Source of the DNA: a virus
Taxonomy: Duplodnaviria > Caudoviricetes
DNA: 52,337 nt
Strand: one strand, 5' to 3'
Virus record (IMG/VR): IMGVR_UViG_3300036770_004836
Coordinates: 1 to 52,337 of that record
Part shown: in pieces, positions 38,716 through 48,887 of the stretch
Position numbering within the stretch: position 1 is the stretch's first letter
Layout of the letters: each line of letters starts with the position of its first letter
Position numbers and translations under genes: made by a program
Notes under the pieces: model-generated
Database searches by the model: none
Seen by the model: only the letters and a program-made list of their open reading frames with translations
What the model was told of the DNA's origin: nothing

Positions 38716-39432
38716 TTATTTTATTAATTCTAAAAAGTTTTTATTACTCGACTCATCGTAAATTATACCCAAATTATTCGATATATCAAAGTCATAATAA
38801 CATAACAAATTTCTATAATCATTATAAGATGGGAACTTGAATACTGGCATATCCACAAAATCTTTAACCACACTGATGTTCGAACTATTTTCCAATATAA
38901 AAAATAGTTTGACATCCATTTCTCCATACCATTTATTTTCAGGAGAATTATCAAGTGAATTACTTGAACACCCTAAGTATAATGCAGTATCTCGATATCT
39001 TTTACATAGGTTTCCTTCGAATTCTTGAGACCCAATTTCTTCAAAATTTTTATAAACTATAAACTTATTTTTTTTTCGTACAATTGTTATTTGTATTCCA
39101 TCACTTAGTTCATCAACTTCAGTATTTGGTATCGTTATGAATTGACCATCCTTATCTTTAACTTTGAAAATAAAAAACAAATGGTTTTGGGTTCGATTAT
39201 ACACTAACCCTATGTTTTTACTTGGTTTACCGAACAACATAAAGTTTTCGTCGAGTATATACTCTTCTTCTATTCTGAAGTGAATATGTATCGAAAACTC
39301 ATCTTCATAAAAAAAATTATCGAAACTATCATTTAGAACTTTATTATATTCTGTAACGTATTGGTCATCAGGATGGTCTTCAATTTCCCATTTGAATTTC
39401 ATCCAGTATGGTTGTTTATAGTTAATTCTCAT
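38716..39432 (-). CDS. Concanavalin A-like/LamG-fold protein
   Basis: FSIHIHFR...ITIVR...IVYKN...LYLGC...LLCYYDF; resembles the N-terminus of 39429..41537. Confidence 0.55.
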   Translation of the reverse strand: MRINYKQPYWMKFKWEIEDHPDDQYVTEYNKVLNDSFDNFFYEDEFSIHIHFRIEEEYILDENFMLFGKPSKNIGLVYNRTQNHLFFIFKVKDKDGQFITIPNTEVDELSDGIQITIVRKKNKFIVYKNFEEIGSQEFEGNLCKRYRDTALYLGCSSNSLDNSPENKWYGEMDVKLFFILENSSNISVVKDFVDMPVFKFPSYNDYRNLLCYYDFDISNNLGIIYDESSNKNFLELIK

Positions 39433-41537
39433 TTTTTAATTTCTTGAAAAAATTGTTCTAGTTCTGGATAATATTCGTTTACCTTCAAACCTCTCCGAGA
39501 TTCATATTGTTGAACAAAATTATAAAGGTCAATTTTTTGTTGATACAACTCTGAATCAGGTAAATTTTTATCTGACATGAAAATATCTCTTAATCTCGAA
39601 ATTTTTTCAATCTCTTGTGTTGAAAATCCTACGTCCTCAACTCCTTGCATTTGATGAAAATTCAAACTTCTATATGTTGAATTAAACTTCATATACTTTA
39701 TCCATCTATCAAAGAAATCTTCAGTAATATATCCTTTTAGTAATCTAAAACTCATAAACGATGGTTGTCTCAAATAGGAGGTATCTAATATTATTGCCGA
39801 ACTCCAATATCTTGATGGGTTGAAGTGCTTAACTTTGAACTCATGAACTTTTCGAATTAAAGATTCATATGAAAAAACACTAAAAATATTAAAAGTTGAC
39901 ATAATTACTACAGTCACTTTTGGTAATGCTAATAATACTTTATCTATATTGTTAAATAACTTTTCAAAATTCATCCCATATCTTGTATATTCAGATTGAA
40001 TCCCATACCCATCACAAGATGTGAAAATAACAATTTCCTTCACTAAATCATTTTCGATTATTGTATGTAACTTATCTATCAATTTATCAACTAAATTATC
40101 AGGAACTCCGAGATTACTGTTAATCGAAAGTTTTAGGTTTCGATTTGGTTCATCACTTTCCAAAATAAAATCCAAAACTTTCCAAGTATCTTTAGATAAC
40201 AATGGTTCTCCACCCGTAATTCTAAATGTATCCATGCTCTTGTAAAGCTCGGGAAACCACTCCCAAAAACTATTCACATAAGGATTGTCTTCAGAGTGTT
40301 TGTATGGCTTAGTGTTACGTTCTTCCATACGTTTGGTACCATTATAATCAAATGAAAGCTTGTATGGACCGTGGTCATTAATTTCTTCCATCCACTTTGA
40401 TGAATATTCAGGTCCACAATAAGCACATTTGAAATTACAAGTGTTTGAAAAACTAACTTCTACGTATTTTGGGTTATAGTTGTCTCTCCAATCAGATTTG
40501 GCAATTTCATCGAAATATGGCTCTGACCAAGGTTCAGAAGATTTGAATACTCTGTCTGAAAATGAATTTGAAGTATCCTCAACATTCCAACAATATGAAC
40601 ACTCAGATGGTCGTTCATTTTCCAGCATTTGTCTACGAGCAACTTTCTTAACTTTACTATTGTGTAAAGCCGTAGGATTACGAGACAATTCTTCCAAAGA
40701 TACTTTGTGAGGTTCAGGATGGTGACAAGAATGTGTTGTCCCATTATGTAAGTGCATAGTAACTTGTGTCCACTTAGCTAAACAAAATCCACACCCAACT
40801 GAGTCCAATTTTTTCTTATTGGATTCAAATTGGTTTGTCGATATTTTATTTTTTTCTTGTTCTTTGGAAAGCTTCAAATTATACAAAAAGAACTTATTCA
40901 CGTATTCATCATTGATGACACAATCTTGCCCTAAATTGTCTTTCAAATCGAAGGCACATAATAAACTATTTGAAACTAAATCATCACTAATACTCTTTCT
41001 GGTCACAAATTGTTTCATCTCCCTCATTGATAACACAGTATTGAATATTGAGAAATGATAAACATCCATTTCAGTCATACATCTATGCATCATGACATCC
41101 GAATCCATATTATGACAACCAATGAAGACATGTTTATCTTCATACTCATTAATTAAATCATTTTCTAAAGAAATCGTGTCAATTAACTTGAAATTAAAAT
41201 ATAAATTGAATTGTCCATTTTCGTATGTTAATGTGATGTTGGCCTCGTTTTCATACATACCATCTTTTACATTGTTGTATGTATAACAATTATGTACGGG
41301 ATTTCCTTCGTTATCTCTAGTCCAAAATTCGAAAACAAATAAATCGACGGTATAGTCATAACTCACACCAAAGTTTTTTCCAGGTACACCGAAGAACCCT
41401 ATCTTTTCATCACGTGCAAAAAATTTACCAACTCTGAAAGATAAACTAATCGTATATTCTTTTTTAAGAATCAAACAAGTTTGTTCCTCTCCTTGATTAG
41501 GTTTTAAGTACCATGGTTTTTCGTACTCTATTTTCAT
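39429..41537 (-). CDS. LamG-like domain fused to twitch-type radical SAM domain
   Basis: N-terminal YTISLSFR..ITLTY..LYFN..FIGC; C-terminal CLAKW..SCHH..ECSYCW, CNFKCAYC, TGGEPL. Confidence 0.85.
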   Translation of the reverse strand: MKIEYEKPWYLKPNQGEEQTCLILKKEYTISLSFRVGKFFARDEKIGFFGVPGKNFGVSYDYTVDLFVFEFWTRDNEGNPVHNCYTYNNVKDGMYENEANITLTYENGQFNLYFNFKLIDTISLENDLINEYEDKHVFIGCHNMDSDVMMHRCMTEMDVYHFSIFNTVLSMREMKQFVTRKSISDDLVSNSLLCAFDLKDNLGQDCVINDEYVNKFFLYNLKLSKEQEKNKISTNQFESNKKKLDSVGCGFCLAKWTQVTMHLHNGTTHSCHHPEPHKVSLEELSRNPTALHNSKVKKVARRQMLENERPSECSYCWNVEDTSNSFSDRVFKSSEPWSEPYFDEIAKSDWRDNYNPKYVEVSFSNTCNFKCAYCGPEYSSKWMEEINDHGPYKLSFDYNGTKRMEERNTKPYKHSEDNPYVNSFWEWFPELYKSMDTFRITGGEPLLSKDTWKVLDFILESDEPNRNLKLSINSNLGVPDNLVDKLIDKLHTIIENDLVKEIVIFTSCDGYGIQSEYTRYGMNFEKLFNNIDKVLLALPKVTVVIMSTFNIFSVFSYESLIRKVHEFKVKHFNPSRYWSSAIILDTSYLRQPSFMSFRLLKGYITEDFFDRWIKYMKFNSTYRSLNFHQMQGVEDVGFSTQEIEKISRLRDIFMSDKNLPDSELYQQKIDLYNFVQQYESRRGLKVNEYYPELEQFFQEIKK

Positions 41538-42961
41538 TATTTCATTTTAACATTTATAAACTTTGTATTTGGATAAAGTGAATCATCAACATCAACCAAT
41601 TCAATTACATCCAATATTTTATTAAATCCTTCTTCTTTGTAATTAATTTTGTTTTGTTGCATTTCAGTCACAAATCTCCTTTCATTTCTTGCAGTCGTCT
41701 CACCTTTAGCCCACTTACCATTTACGAATCCCTCATCATCGTGATATATACAATCAAAAGAACAATCCCTTCTGTGAGGTAATATTAAATCTTTTACTTC
41801 AATATCCTCAGTCATAAATGTAGTATTATTATTGTATAACTCACAATCATTAATAAGATCTTTTTCAGATTTATCGAAATTATAATGTAATACCAAATCT
41901 TCATCACTCTCGAATATTTGATTTACATCTTGCATAAACTTACCATAAATCTTGACCTCTGCAATTTTACCTTTGAGTAATGCATTCGTGTGAGGACAAT
42001 ATCCTAATAATAAAGGTTTTACCGCATCGTGAATTTTTAACTTATTATCGATGTGTAAAGGTAAATGTTCCTTTACTCCATTAGCGTTATAATTCAACTC
42101 ATCGTTAATATAGAGATAATAATCTCCGTTTTCGGAATCATATGTTATAGTAACCCATGTCCATTGATTTTCGAACCTCTTAGCATAATTGTAATGATGT
42201 CTACTATCTCTGTCATAAGTTAATAAGGTAACCGCCCTCGAGTTGTTGAACGAAATCCCCCAATTAAAACTACCATCCTTTCTAATTAAAGGATACTCAA
42301 TAAACTGTCTTTCCTCATCACCAACTAACCAAATAGGAACTTTGGATGGTTGTTGGTCAGCACTAAATAGGATTGAAATGGTATGGTCTTGATGTAGACA
42401 CGAACTTATTTCTCTATTAGTACGAAGAGCTAAGAATGAATTATCCCCATTAAAAACCGCAACTTTCCTGTCATCATACTTTTTGAAAACTTTATATGTG
42501 GTCAAACCTTCAAAATACGCTCTCCAAAACAAGTCATCATCTTCTTGTCCCCAATCCCAATAGTCATTAGAATACCCATTCGTTTTTTCAACTTGATTTT
42601 TTGTAAAAAGTATCACTCCTCCAAAGTATTGTTCATACCCTAATTTATAGTCATACTTGGATAATTTAGTTGCAATATGAACTGGGTATTCACCAGGATA
42701 CGAATAGTCACACTCATCATTATGAGGTGTCATGTCAACATCGTGCCAAGCAATATAATCACATCCATCTTCGAATGCATAATACGCTGCAATATTTTTC
42801 ATTGCACCTCTGTTAAACAATTTATCATCAACTTGATGACCAACGTAAAAAGTGTGGGGGATTCCCTTACTATTTAAGTGTTCGGTTAATCGAGGTATTA
42901 ATTCTTCGATATGTTCTTTTCTATTTCTGTATGGTATACAGATTCCTAATTTTGGTGTCAT
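41537..42961 (-). CDS. GT7 (beta-1,4-galactosyltransferase-like) glycosyltransferase with inserted LamG domain
   Basis: IPYRNR, FNRG..KN, HDVD, YFGGV, NGYSN.YWDWGQEDDDL; insert FNGDNSF..WVTITYD..LYIN..KGKIAEVKIY..LHYNF. Confidence 0.85.
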   Translation of the reverse strand: MTPKLGICIPYRNRKEHIEELIPRLTEHLNSKGIPHTFYVGHQVDDKLFNRGAMKNIAAYYAFEDGCDYIAWHDVDMTPHNDECDYSYPGEYPVHIATKLSKYDYKLGYEQYFGGVILFTKNQVEKTNGYSNDYWDWGQEDDDLFWRAYFEGLTTYKVFKKYDDRKVAVFNGDNSFLALRTNREISSCLHQDHTISILFSADQQPSKVPIWLVGDEERQFIEYPLIRKDGSFNWGISFNNSRAVTLLTYDRDSRHHYNYAKRFENQWTWVTITYDSENGDYYLYINDELNYNANGVKEHLPLHIDNKLKIHDAVKPLLLGYCPHTNALLKGKIAEVKIYGKFMQDVNQIFESDEDLVLHYNFDKSEKDLINDCELYNNNTTFMTEDIEVKDLILPHRRDCSFDCIYHDDEGFVNGKWAKGETTARNERRFVTEMQQNKINYKEEGFNKILDVIELVDVDDSLYPNTKFINVKMK

Positions 42962-44403
42962 ATTCCAACGTTAATATGTATTATGTTATCAATAGTATTT
43001 TTACCGTATTCCCTAAATGTGCAATTCGAGATTCCGTCATCTTTGAAATTAACACTATTATTTAACACTTCATTATGATATCTCAACTGATTGAATCGAG
43101 TTGTTTGATTTTTCCAACCTCCGTTTTCATATCCATTCTCTTCGTGTGGTAATAATTTGAATGTTGATGGTCTACGATAAGGGATTTTAATTTCTTTGTA
43201 TTCATCAAATGTATATCCAACTATTTCACAATTATAAATCCATGCATTATTACGTTTTTCACTTAAGTCAATAAGTTGGTATCCTTTGATGAATTTTGCA
43301 TCATAATATAGAATTAACTTATAATCTGATTTATAATTCCCGAAGTTTTGAGTGAGCCCAAAAAATTTGTTCTTAGAGATTTCTTCAATTTCATCATCAT
43401 CCAATATATCATTATAAACCGCAAAAGAACTAATTGACCCCTTAAAAAAGTTGTTATCTTTTTCTCGATGAGGGTTACCACAACCTAAATAAAAATTAGG
43501 TTCTTTTGAATAATCATAGAAAGTCCCAATTCTCTTCGTATCAACCAGTTTACCGTTTTGATACATTGAAAATACTTTTTCATCTCTATCAATTGTAACT
43601 GTAATATTTGTTTTGAAGTTTGGAAGTATGTCACTGTGTATAAAAACAACTCTTTTGTTATCTGTGAATATTTGAAAGGTATATCTCCGATATGAATTAT
43701 AGGTGATTGTACAATCATATCCTGGTATGGAAAAAATAGACATGATATCCTCACTTTTATTAGTGTCTAACTCCAAATCCTCAGGACTAAATGACACGAA
43801 TATTGTAATTTTTCCATTGGGGTTATAACTTGATGTATTAATAAAATCGAAGATATTAGGTGCTTTTACATAAGCGTTTTTCCCATTAAACTTCAATGCC
43901 GCAGTATCCCCCCCATCTATTCTAACTTCTTTACTATCTAATGGTATGTTGAAACTTTTACACCTGTACAATAAATCATCATCTTCATATCCCCATCCCC
44001 AATAATTGTTAGAATATCCATTTATCTCCTCAAATGTTTTTATTGGGAATAGTGTCACCCCTCCAAAATATTGGTCAAAAACAATTCTATTAAAATCTTC
44101 AGTCCCTATCAGATTGGTTGCTAAATGAAGTGGCACATCACTATAGGAATAATCCACTTCTTCAGGTAACATATCCAAGTCATGAAATACCACATAATCA
44201 CAACCCATTTTTTTAGCATAAATTGTCCCAATGTTTAACAGTTTTCCTCTGTTAAAACTTTTTGCATCATCTTGCTCCACAATAATTAGGGAATAATTAA
44301 TATCTGACTTGGATAGGTATTCTGTGATATGACTTTTGAATTTCATCAAATCAAAATACCTATCCCTATAGGGCACAATTATTCCTAACTTGTGATTACT
44401 CAT
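42958..44403 (-). CDS. GT7 (beta-1,4-galactosyltransferase-like) glycosyltransferase with inserted LamG domain
   Basis: VPYRDR, FNRGKLLNIG, FHDLD, YFGGV, NGYSNNYWGWGYEDDDL; insert LKFNGKNAYV..MYQNG..FKGSISSFAVYN. Confidence 0.85.
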   Translation of the reverse strand: MSNHKLGIIVPYRDRYFDLMKFKSHITEYLSKSDINYSLIIVEQDDAKSFNRGKLLNIGTIYAKKMGCDYVVFHDLDMLPEEVDYSYSDVPLHLATNLIGTEDFNRIVFDQYFGGVTLFPIKTFEEINGYSNNYWGWGYEDDDLLYRCKSFNIPLDSKEVRIDGGDTAALKFNGKNAYVKAPNIFDFINTSSYNPNGKITIFVSFSPEDLELDTNKSEDIMSIFSIPGYDCTITYNSYRRYTFQIFTDNKRVVFIHSDILPNFKTNITVTIDRDEKVFSMYQNGKLVDTKRIGTFYDYSKEPNFYLGCGNPHREKDNNFFKGSISSFAVYNDILDDDEIEEISKNKFFGLTQNFGNYKSDYKLILYYDAKFIKGYQLIDLSEKRNNAWIYNCEIVGYTFDEYKEIKIPYRRPSTFKLLPHEENGYENGGWKNQTTRFNQLRYHNEVLNNSVNFKDDGISNCTFREYGKNTIDNIIHINVGI

Positions 44404-44602
44404 CTACTGTTGTATCTTCTTCTATTTTTACCGTCTTATGCCATTCTGCAAGATAGTATTGGATTCTATCTCCCCACTCTTTTTTATCAATTTCCTCAAC
44501 CCAAACTGTGAGGGCATCTAAAGTGTTTGCAATTTTTTCTAAGGCTTTAACTTTTCGTTGTTCCAACAAAAATTTTTCTTTTTCTACGTCTAACTCTGTC
44601 AT
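44396..44602 (-). CDS. Small hypothetical coiled-coil protein (68 aa)
   Basis: ORF overlaps both neighbours in the operon; helical, charged composition. Confidence 0.65.
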   Translation of the reverse strand: MTELDVEKEKFLLEQRKVKALEKIANTLDALTVWVEEIDKKEWGDRIQYYLAEWHKTVKIEEDTTVDE

Positions 44603-45465
44603 ATCGAAGCTATTTTATTAATCAAATTATTCCATTTTCTATATCTATTGTACTCATCATACCCTGAAGAGGACTCTATCATAAAATCTTCATTATTCAA
44701 ATCTATTAAAAAATTTGATTTTTCCAACTCCGTATACATTTTCATATACTCATCAGAATATGAATATTCTTTATTTGTATCTGCAACTCTTTTTATTCTT
44801 TCGATAGATGTGATATCCCATTTGAAATGATGGACTTGAACAGAATGAGTACTTATAGGTGCAATCAAAGGGTGACCCCAACCTTGCCACTTCCAAGTGG
44901 TATGGTTATCAACTTTTGCATAATGTTGGCCAGGTGTTAAAGTTACCCATCCTCGACTCAAACAAATTTTATTTGGACATGCATAACTCATCGGATATCT
45001 AAAAAATCCCATGACAGGAAATTGTTTCCAAATACTAACATCATCTTTGATTTCAGGGAAAGTTCCACCTTCCCCAATTCTATCGATGAAACCGCCTCTC
45101 ACAATATCCCATCCATTTTTCTCACAATCCAAAACTAACTTTTGAATATTGTCTTGGGGATATAAATGGAATTCATCAATGTCTGCAACAATCCACCAAT
45201 CATTTTTATGTCTCGACTTTACCTCATTGTACAAGTCGGTAACCATTTCCCAATCAAAATTATGGTGATGAACTTCTTTCACAACACTAACATTATTATA
45301 CTTCGAAATAATGTTTTTAACTTGTTCACTTATGTTAGGATGTAGATCTGAGTTATAGCAAGCAATTTGTATCTCACTGACATACTTTTGATAATGTTTA
45401 ATAAAATGTGGCAGTAAATTAATCCCATGTCCAATGACTGTGACCAATCTTATCATTTTTTCCAA
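44599..45465 (-). CDS. GT2-like glycosyltransferase (Glyco_tranf_2_4-like; likely start 45456)
   Basis: LLPHFIKHY, WWIVADIDEF, GGFIDR, VHHFKW. Confidence 0.7.
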   Translation of the reverse strand: MEKMIRLVTVIGHGINLLPHFIKHYQKYVSEIQIACYNSDLHPNISEQVKNIISKYNNVSVVKEVHHHNFDWEMVTDLYNEVKSRHKNDWWIVADIDEFHLYPQDNIQKLVLDCEKNGWDIVRGGFIDRIGEGGTFPEIKDDVSIWKQFPVMGFFRYPMSYACPNKICLSRGWVTLTPGQHYAKVDNHTTWKWQGWGHPLIAPISTHSVQVHHFKWDITSIERIKRVADTNKEYSYSDEYMKMYTELEKSNFLIDLNNEDFMIESSSGYDEYNRYRKWNNLINKIASI

Positions 45466-46445
45466 AAACTATAAATCCCTTTATCTAATTCATAATCACT
45501 CCAAACAAATCTATCTCTCATTGGTTGTTTCTGAACCCAATTCCACATTTTAGTCAAACCTTCTTTTAATGTAGTTTCATGTTTGAATCCTAAAATGTCG
45601 ACAGACTTTTGGAATGTTGGTATCGAATGTTTGACTTCATGTCTACTCTCTAAGTGAACAACATCACCATCACCTATAACTTCTCTCAAAATTTTTGAAG
45701 CTTCGTTAATCGATATTTCTTCCACCCCTCCCAAGTTAATAATCTCCTTTGATGCTTCAGGTCTTACTGCTGCATTCCACAATGGTTCAAGAGAATCATC
45801 AATGAAAGAAAATGCTCGAGTTTGTTCACCATCACCAAAAATGGTCATTAGTTTCCCAGTCATATGCTGGTACATCCAAATACCTAAAACATTTCGGTAC
45901 TTATCCCAAATGTTTTGTTTTATACCATAAACATTATGTGGACGAATAATACACCAATCTAATCCATGCTGTTCACCTGCAATTTGAATGTCCATTTCAC
46001 ACCCATACTTTGCAACCCCATACGGGTCAATTGGTTTTGGTATTTGATTTTCATCAAAAACACCGCCATAACCGTGTCCGTATACTGCAAGAGTAGATGT
46101 GAAAATTAAACGCTTTACGTCATGTTTAATACATTCATTAATAACATTTGCAGTTGCAACTAAGTTGTTTTCATAATTATATTTTCTTATGAATGGAGAC
46201 AATCCTTCCGCAGCATAAGCCGCAAGGTGATATACATAGTCTGGTTTGTAGGTTTCAAAAATTTCTGACAATTCATCAGATTTACAATCAATGTTAAAAA
46301 ATTTTACGTCAGGATGTATGTTCTCAATGTATCCTCCACTCAAGTTATCCACACCTATTATTTCAATATCTGACTTATGTTCAATTACCCAATCAGCAAG
46401 TCTAGATCCTAAAAGACCCGCAACTCCTGTGATTAATATTCTCAT
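45453..46445 (-). CDS. NAD-dependent nucleotide-sugar epimerase/dehydratase
   Basis: ITGVAGLLGS, DNLSGG, YHLAA, STLAVYG, PYGVAK, FGDGEQTRAF. Confidence 0.9.
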   Translation of the reverse strand: MRILITGVAGLLGSRLADWVIEHKSDIEIIGVDNLSGGYIENIHPDVKFFNIDCKSDELSEIFETYKPDYVYHLAAYAAEGLSPFIRKYNYENNLVATANVINECIKHDVKRLIFTSTLAVYGHGYGGVFDENQIPKPIDPYGVAKYGCEMDIQIAGEQHGLDWCIIRPHNVYGIKQNIWDKYRNVLGIWMYQHMTGKLMTIFGDGEQTRAFSFIDDSLEPLWNAAVRPEASKEIINLGGVEEISINEASKILREVIGDGDVVHLESRHEVKHSIPTFQKSVDILGFKHETTLKEGLTKMWNWVQKQPMRDRFVWSDYELDKGIYSFWKK

Positions 46446-47176
46446 ATTTTATTTTTTTTATTTATTATCGTAATACCAGTCGATGATGGTTTATCCATTA
46501 ATATACGGAAATTATGTAAACTTATCAAGTTCCATTCAGTACTTTGTTGTAACTCTCCAACCAGTTTAGAAGGCCCATCAAATGAATGATGGTCTTTTTT
46601 TGAATCTTCAGAGACAATTAAACTTTTTTCATAGTTTTTATCTGTATCATGTAAAACTATAACACCTTTTTCAGTCAAAAGTTTTGAGTACAAATAGAAA
46701 TCTTTCTTAACACCTTCATACGAGTGGTCACCATCAATAAATAAAAAATCAATTTTAATATCTTGTCGAACAAAAAAATTATAATACGCATCTTCAGAAG
46801 TTGATTTAATTAATCTAGGATGAAAATTTTTTCTAAAAAAAGAATCTTCATCATCAACATTGGTGGGGCCACCAACACCGTTACATGCGTCAACCAAATA
46901 GGTAACACCAATATCTCCCCAATTATAATCAGGATTACCTTCAAATATATTTTGATTGTGTAAATCAACTCTTGCTTGAGTCATTATTCTTGGTATGAAC
47001 CCTCCACCTGAACCAATACAAACACACACTTTAGCTCTCATGTGTTGTATCAAAGAATATACCATCATCCCATCACCTAAATGGGATTTGGTTGCCCCAT
47101 GAGTCCACAAGTATGGTACTAAATCACCATCATTTGCAGTTATGTATTTTTCAATATAGGGTTGATTTGTAATCAT
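46442..47176 (-). CDS. Class I SAM methyltransferase (Methyltransf_24-like; possible sugar O-methyltransferase)
   Basis: VCIGSGGG, FLFIDGDHSYEGVKKD, GVIVLHD. Confidence 0.8.
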   Translation of the reverse strand: MITNQPYIEKYITANDGDLVPYLWTHGATKSHLGDGMMVYSLIQHMRAKVCVCIGSGGGFIPRIMTQARVDLHNQNIFEGNPDYNWGDIGVTYLVDACNGVGGPTNVDDEDSFFRKNFHPRLIKSTSEDAYYNFFVRQDIKIDFLFIDGDHSYEGVKKDFYLYSKLLTEKGVIVLHDTDKNYEKSLIVSEDSKKDHHSFDGPSKLVGELQQSTEWNLISLHNFRILMDKPSSTGITIINKKNKI

Positions 47177-47190
47177 GAAAATAATTAAAA

Positions 47191-47859
47191 TTATTTACTC
47201 TTTTTTTGAATGTTTGCCTCCAAGTTTTTACCATACGCATACGTTCCAATATGATAAATCTCATTACTTAGATTCGTGTCAACCTTAACTTGATACCCAA
47301 GTTTGTTTAATTTCTTAAATAAAGTGAAATCTTCCCCTCCCCAATCTTTGGTTTTGGGTTGATAGGTGTATTCAAAATATGGTTTAGTTAACTTTTGGAA
47401 TATTGATGTTTTCATTAAAACACATCCCATACCAATAGCCTCAACTGTAACCAATTTATCTTCGGATTGTAACGGAATCCAACTTTCCCAATCGTTAGTA
47501 TCCGTGAACGCAACTGACTTAAATGGAAATGATCTTTTCATATAGTTACAAGCAACTATATCTTGTTTATGTGCAAGTAACCTTAATAAAGTTGTTGGGG
47601 GGAACATCATATCACTATCTAACCAAAGTACCCACTCAGATTTCATATCTATTGCTTGTCCAATCAGGGTTTCTCTTTGATTGATTAGTATGGTTGAGGC
47701 GTCAAAAAAAAGATGGACATCAATTCCCATCTGAGTCGTAGTTTTTATTAAATTACCAAGTGAAAGTGAAAAATGAGAATACACAGTATCTCTTGTTGGG
47801 ACTAATATGGAAACCGATGTAGGTATTCCTTCCCATATTGTATTTGTGTAGACACTCAT
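47191..47859 (-). CDS. GT-A fold (GT2-like) glycosyltransferase
   Basis: ILVPTRD, WVLWLDSDMMFP (DxD), IGMGCVLMK, GEDFTL, HIG. Confidence 0.75.
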   Translation of the reverse strand: MSVYTNTIWEGIPTSVSILVPTRDTVYSHFSLSLGNLIKTTTQMGIDVHLFFDASTILINQRETLIGQAIDMKSEWVLWLDSDMMFPPTTLLRLLAHKQDIVACNYMKRSFPFKSVAFTDTNDWESWIPLQSEDKLVTVEAIGMGCVLMKTSIFQKLTKPYFEYTYQPKTKDWGGEDFTLFKKLNKLGYQVKVDTNLSNEIYHIGTYAYGKNLEANIQKKSK

Positions 47860-48302
47860 TTTACACCAGAAATTTTAGAAGTATCCATTTCAGATTCGGT
47901 TATTGTCTCATTAATAGTTCTAATGAGTTCTTTTGTCCGTTTCATAACTAACTTAAAGTCTACCACCGGTAAATTACTAATAATTGAAAAAGTTTCTTTG
48001 GAATACCTACCATCTAAAAGTATCTCAACCGCAGCTCTTCTTGAAAATTTTTCAACAGTTGCCCATCTACTATAGTCAGAATCATTATTCAGTAACTTTT
48101 GTAAATTTTCATTGTTTTGTTTTTTCAAAATATTTTCCATAATACTAATTTCTTCAATTGAATCATTAGTTTTTGGTGTGTGGTTTAATTGATTATATCT
48201 ATCAATAAAGTTTATCAATTTTTCCTTATCATATTCAATTCCTGACCACACAATATGTTTTAATTCATACTCAGATAAAAAATTTTTGTAATCAAACTTC
48301 AT
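47856..48302 (-). CDS. Hypothetical protein (148 aa)
   Basis: Intact ORF with ATGA overlap to the downstream GT gene; no motif recognised. Confidence 0.65.
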   Translation of the reverse strand: MKFDYKNFLSEYELKHIVWSGIEYDKEKLINFIDRYNQLNHTPKTNDSIEEISIMENILKKQNNENLQKLLNNDSDYSRWATVEKFSRRAAVEILLDGRYSKETFSIISNLPVVDFKLVMKRTKELIRTINETITESEMDTSKISGVK

Positions 48303-48383
48303 AATTATTTTTTATAAAAATATACAAAATATAATTACTTTTCTGAAGATTAGTGGAGTTAATATGATGAAGATTTTAGATAA

Positions 48384-48812
48384 TTAAGGACATCCACTCT
48401 GACCTGATTGTATTATTATTGTACTATTAACAGTTTGTTGTGGAGAAGATGTACCTGCTGCGTTGTCCCAAATCCAATAACCACTAGTTACCGGATCGAA
48501 ATATCTTTGATTAGTTAATATTGGAGTAATAGTGGTATCATAGTTAGGTTGTCCACCAGTACATCCATTAAGAGTATAATATAAAGTACCATCACAAACA
48601 TAATCATCAGGTGTAGTCAATCCTCCCATGTCAGCGGATAACGATGTTTGAGAACCAGCCGGAATTGATGAAACCCCAAGCGCTTGAGGGGGTTCTCTGA
48701 AGAACCCTAATACTCCATTAAGTGAAATATTATTTGTTGGAAGTGGAAATCCGAATGCATCATACACACACGACATCGCAATTTCAGTTCCTGTAGCCGG
48801 GGTAAGTCCCAT
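48384..48812 (-). CDS. Hypothetical Gly/Thr/Pro-rich protein, probable virion or fibre-associated protein
   Basis: Composition resembles structural proteins; lies directly downstream of the fibre gene. Confidence 0.55.
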   Translation of the reverse strand: MGLTPATGTEIAMSCVYDAFGFPLPTNNISLNGVLGFFREPPQALGVSSIPAGSQTSLSADMGGLTTPDDYVCDGTLYYTLNGCTGGQPNYDTTITPILTNQRYFDPVTSGYWIWDNAAGTSSPQQTVNSTIIIQSGQSGCP

Positions 48813-48835
48813 TAGTAATTAGTATTTTATATTGT

Positions 48836-48870
48836 AATCCCTATCTGAAATTATAAGTCAGATAGGGATT
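48836..48870. terminator. Perfect 13-bp stem hairpin downstream of the fibre gene
   Basis: AATCCCTATCTGA (48836-48848) / TCAGATAGGGATT (48858-48870), 9-nt loop; no clear U-tract on the minus strand. Confidence 0.5.
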
Positions 48871-48887
48871 TAATTGTATTATTGATT

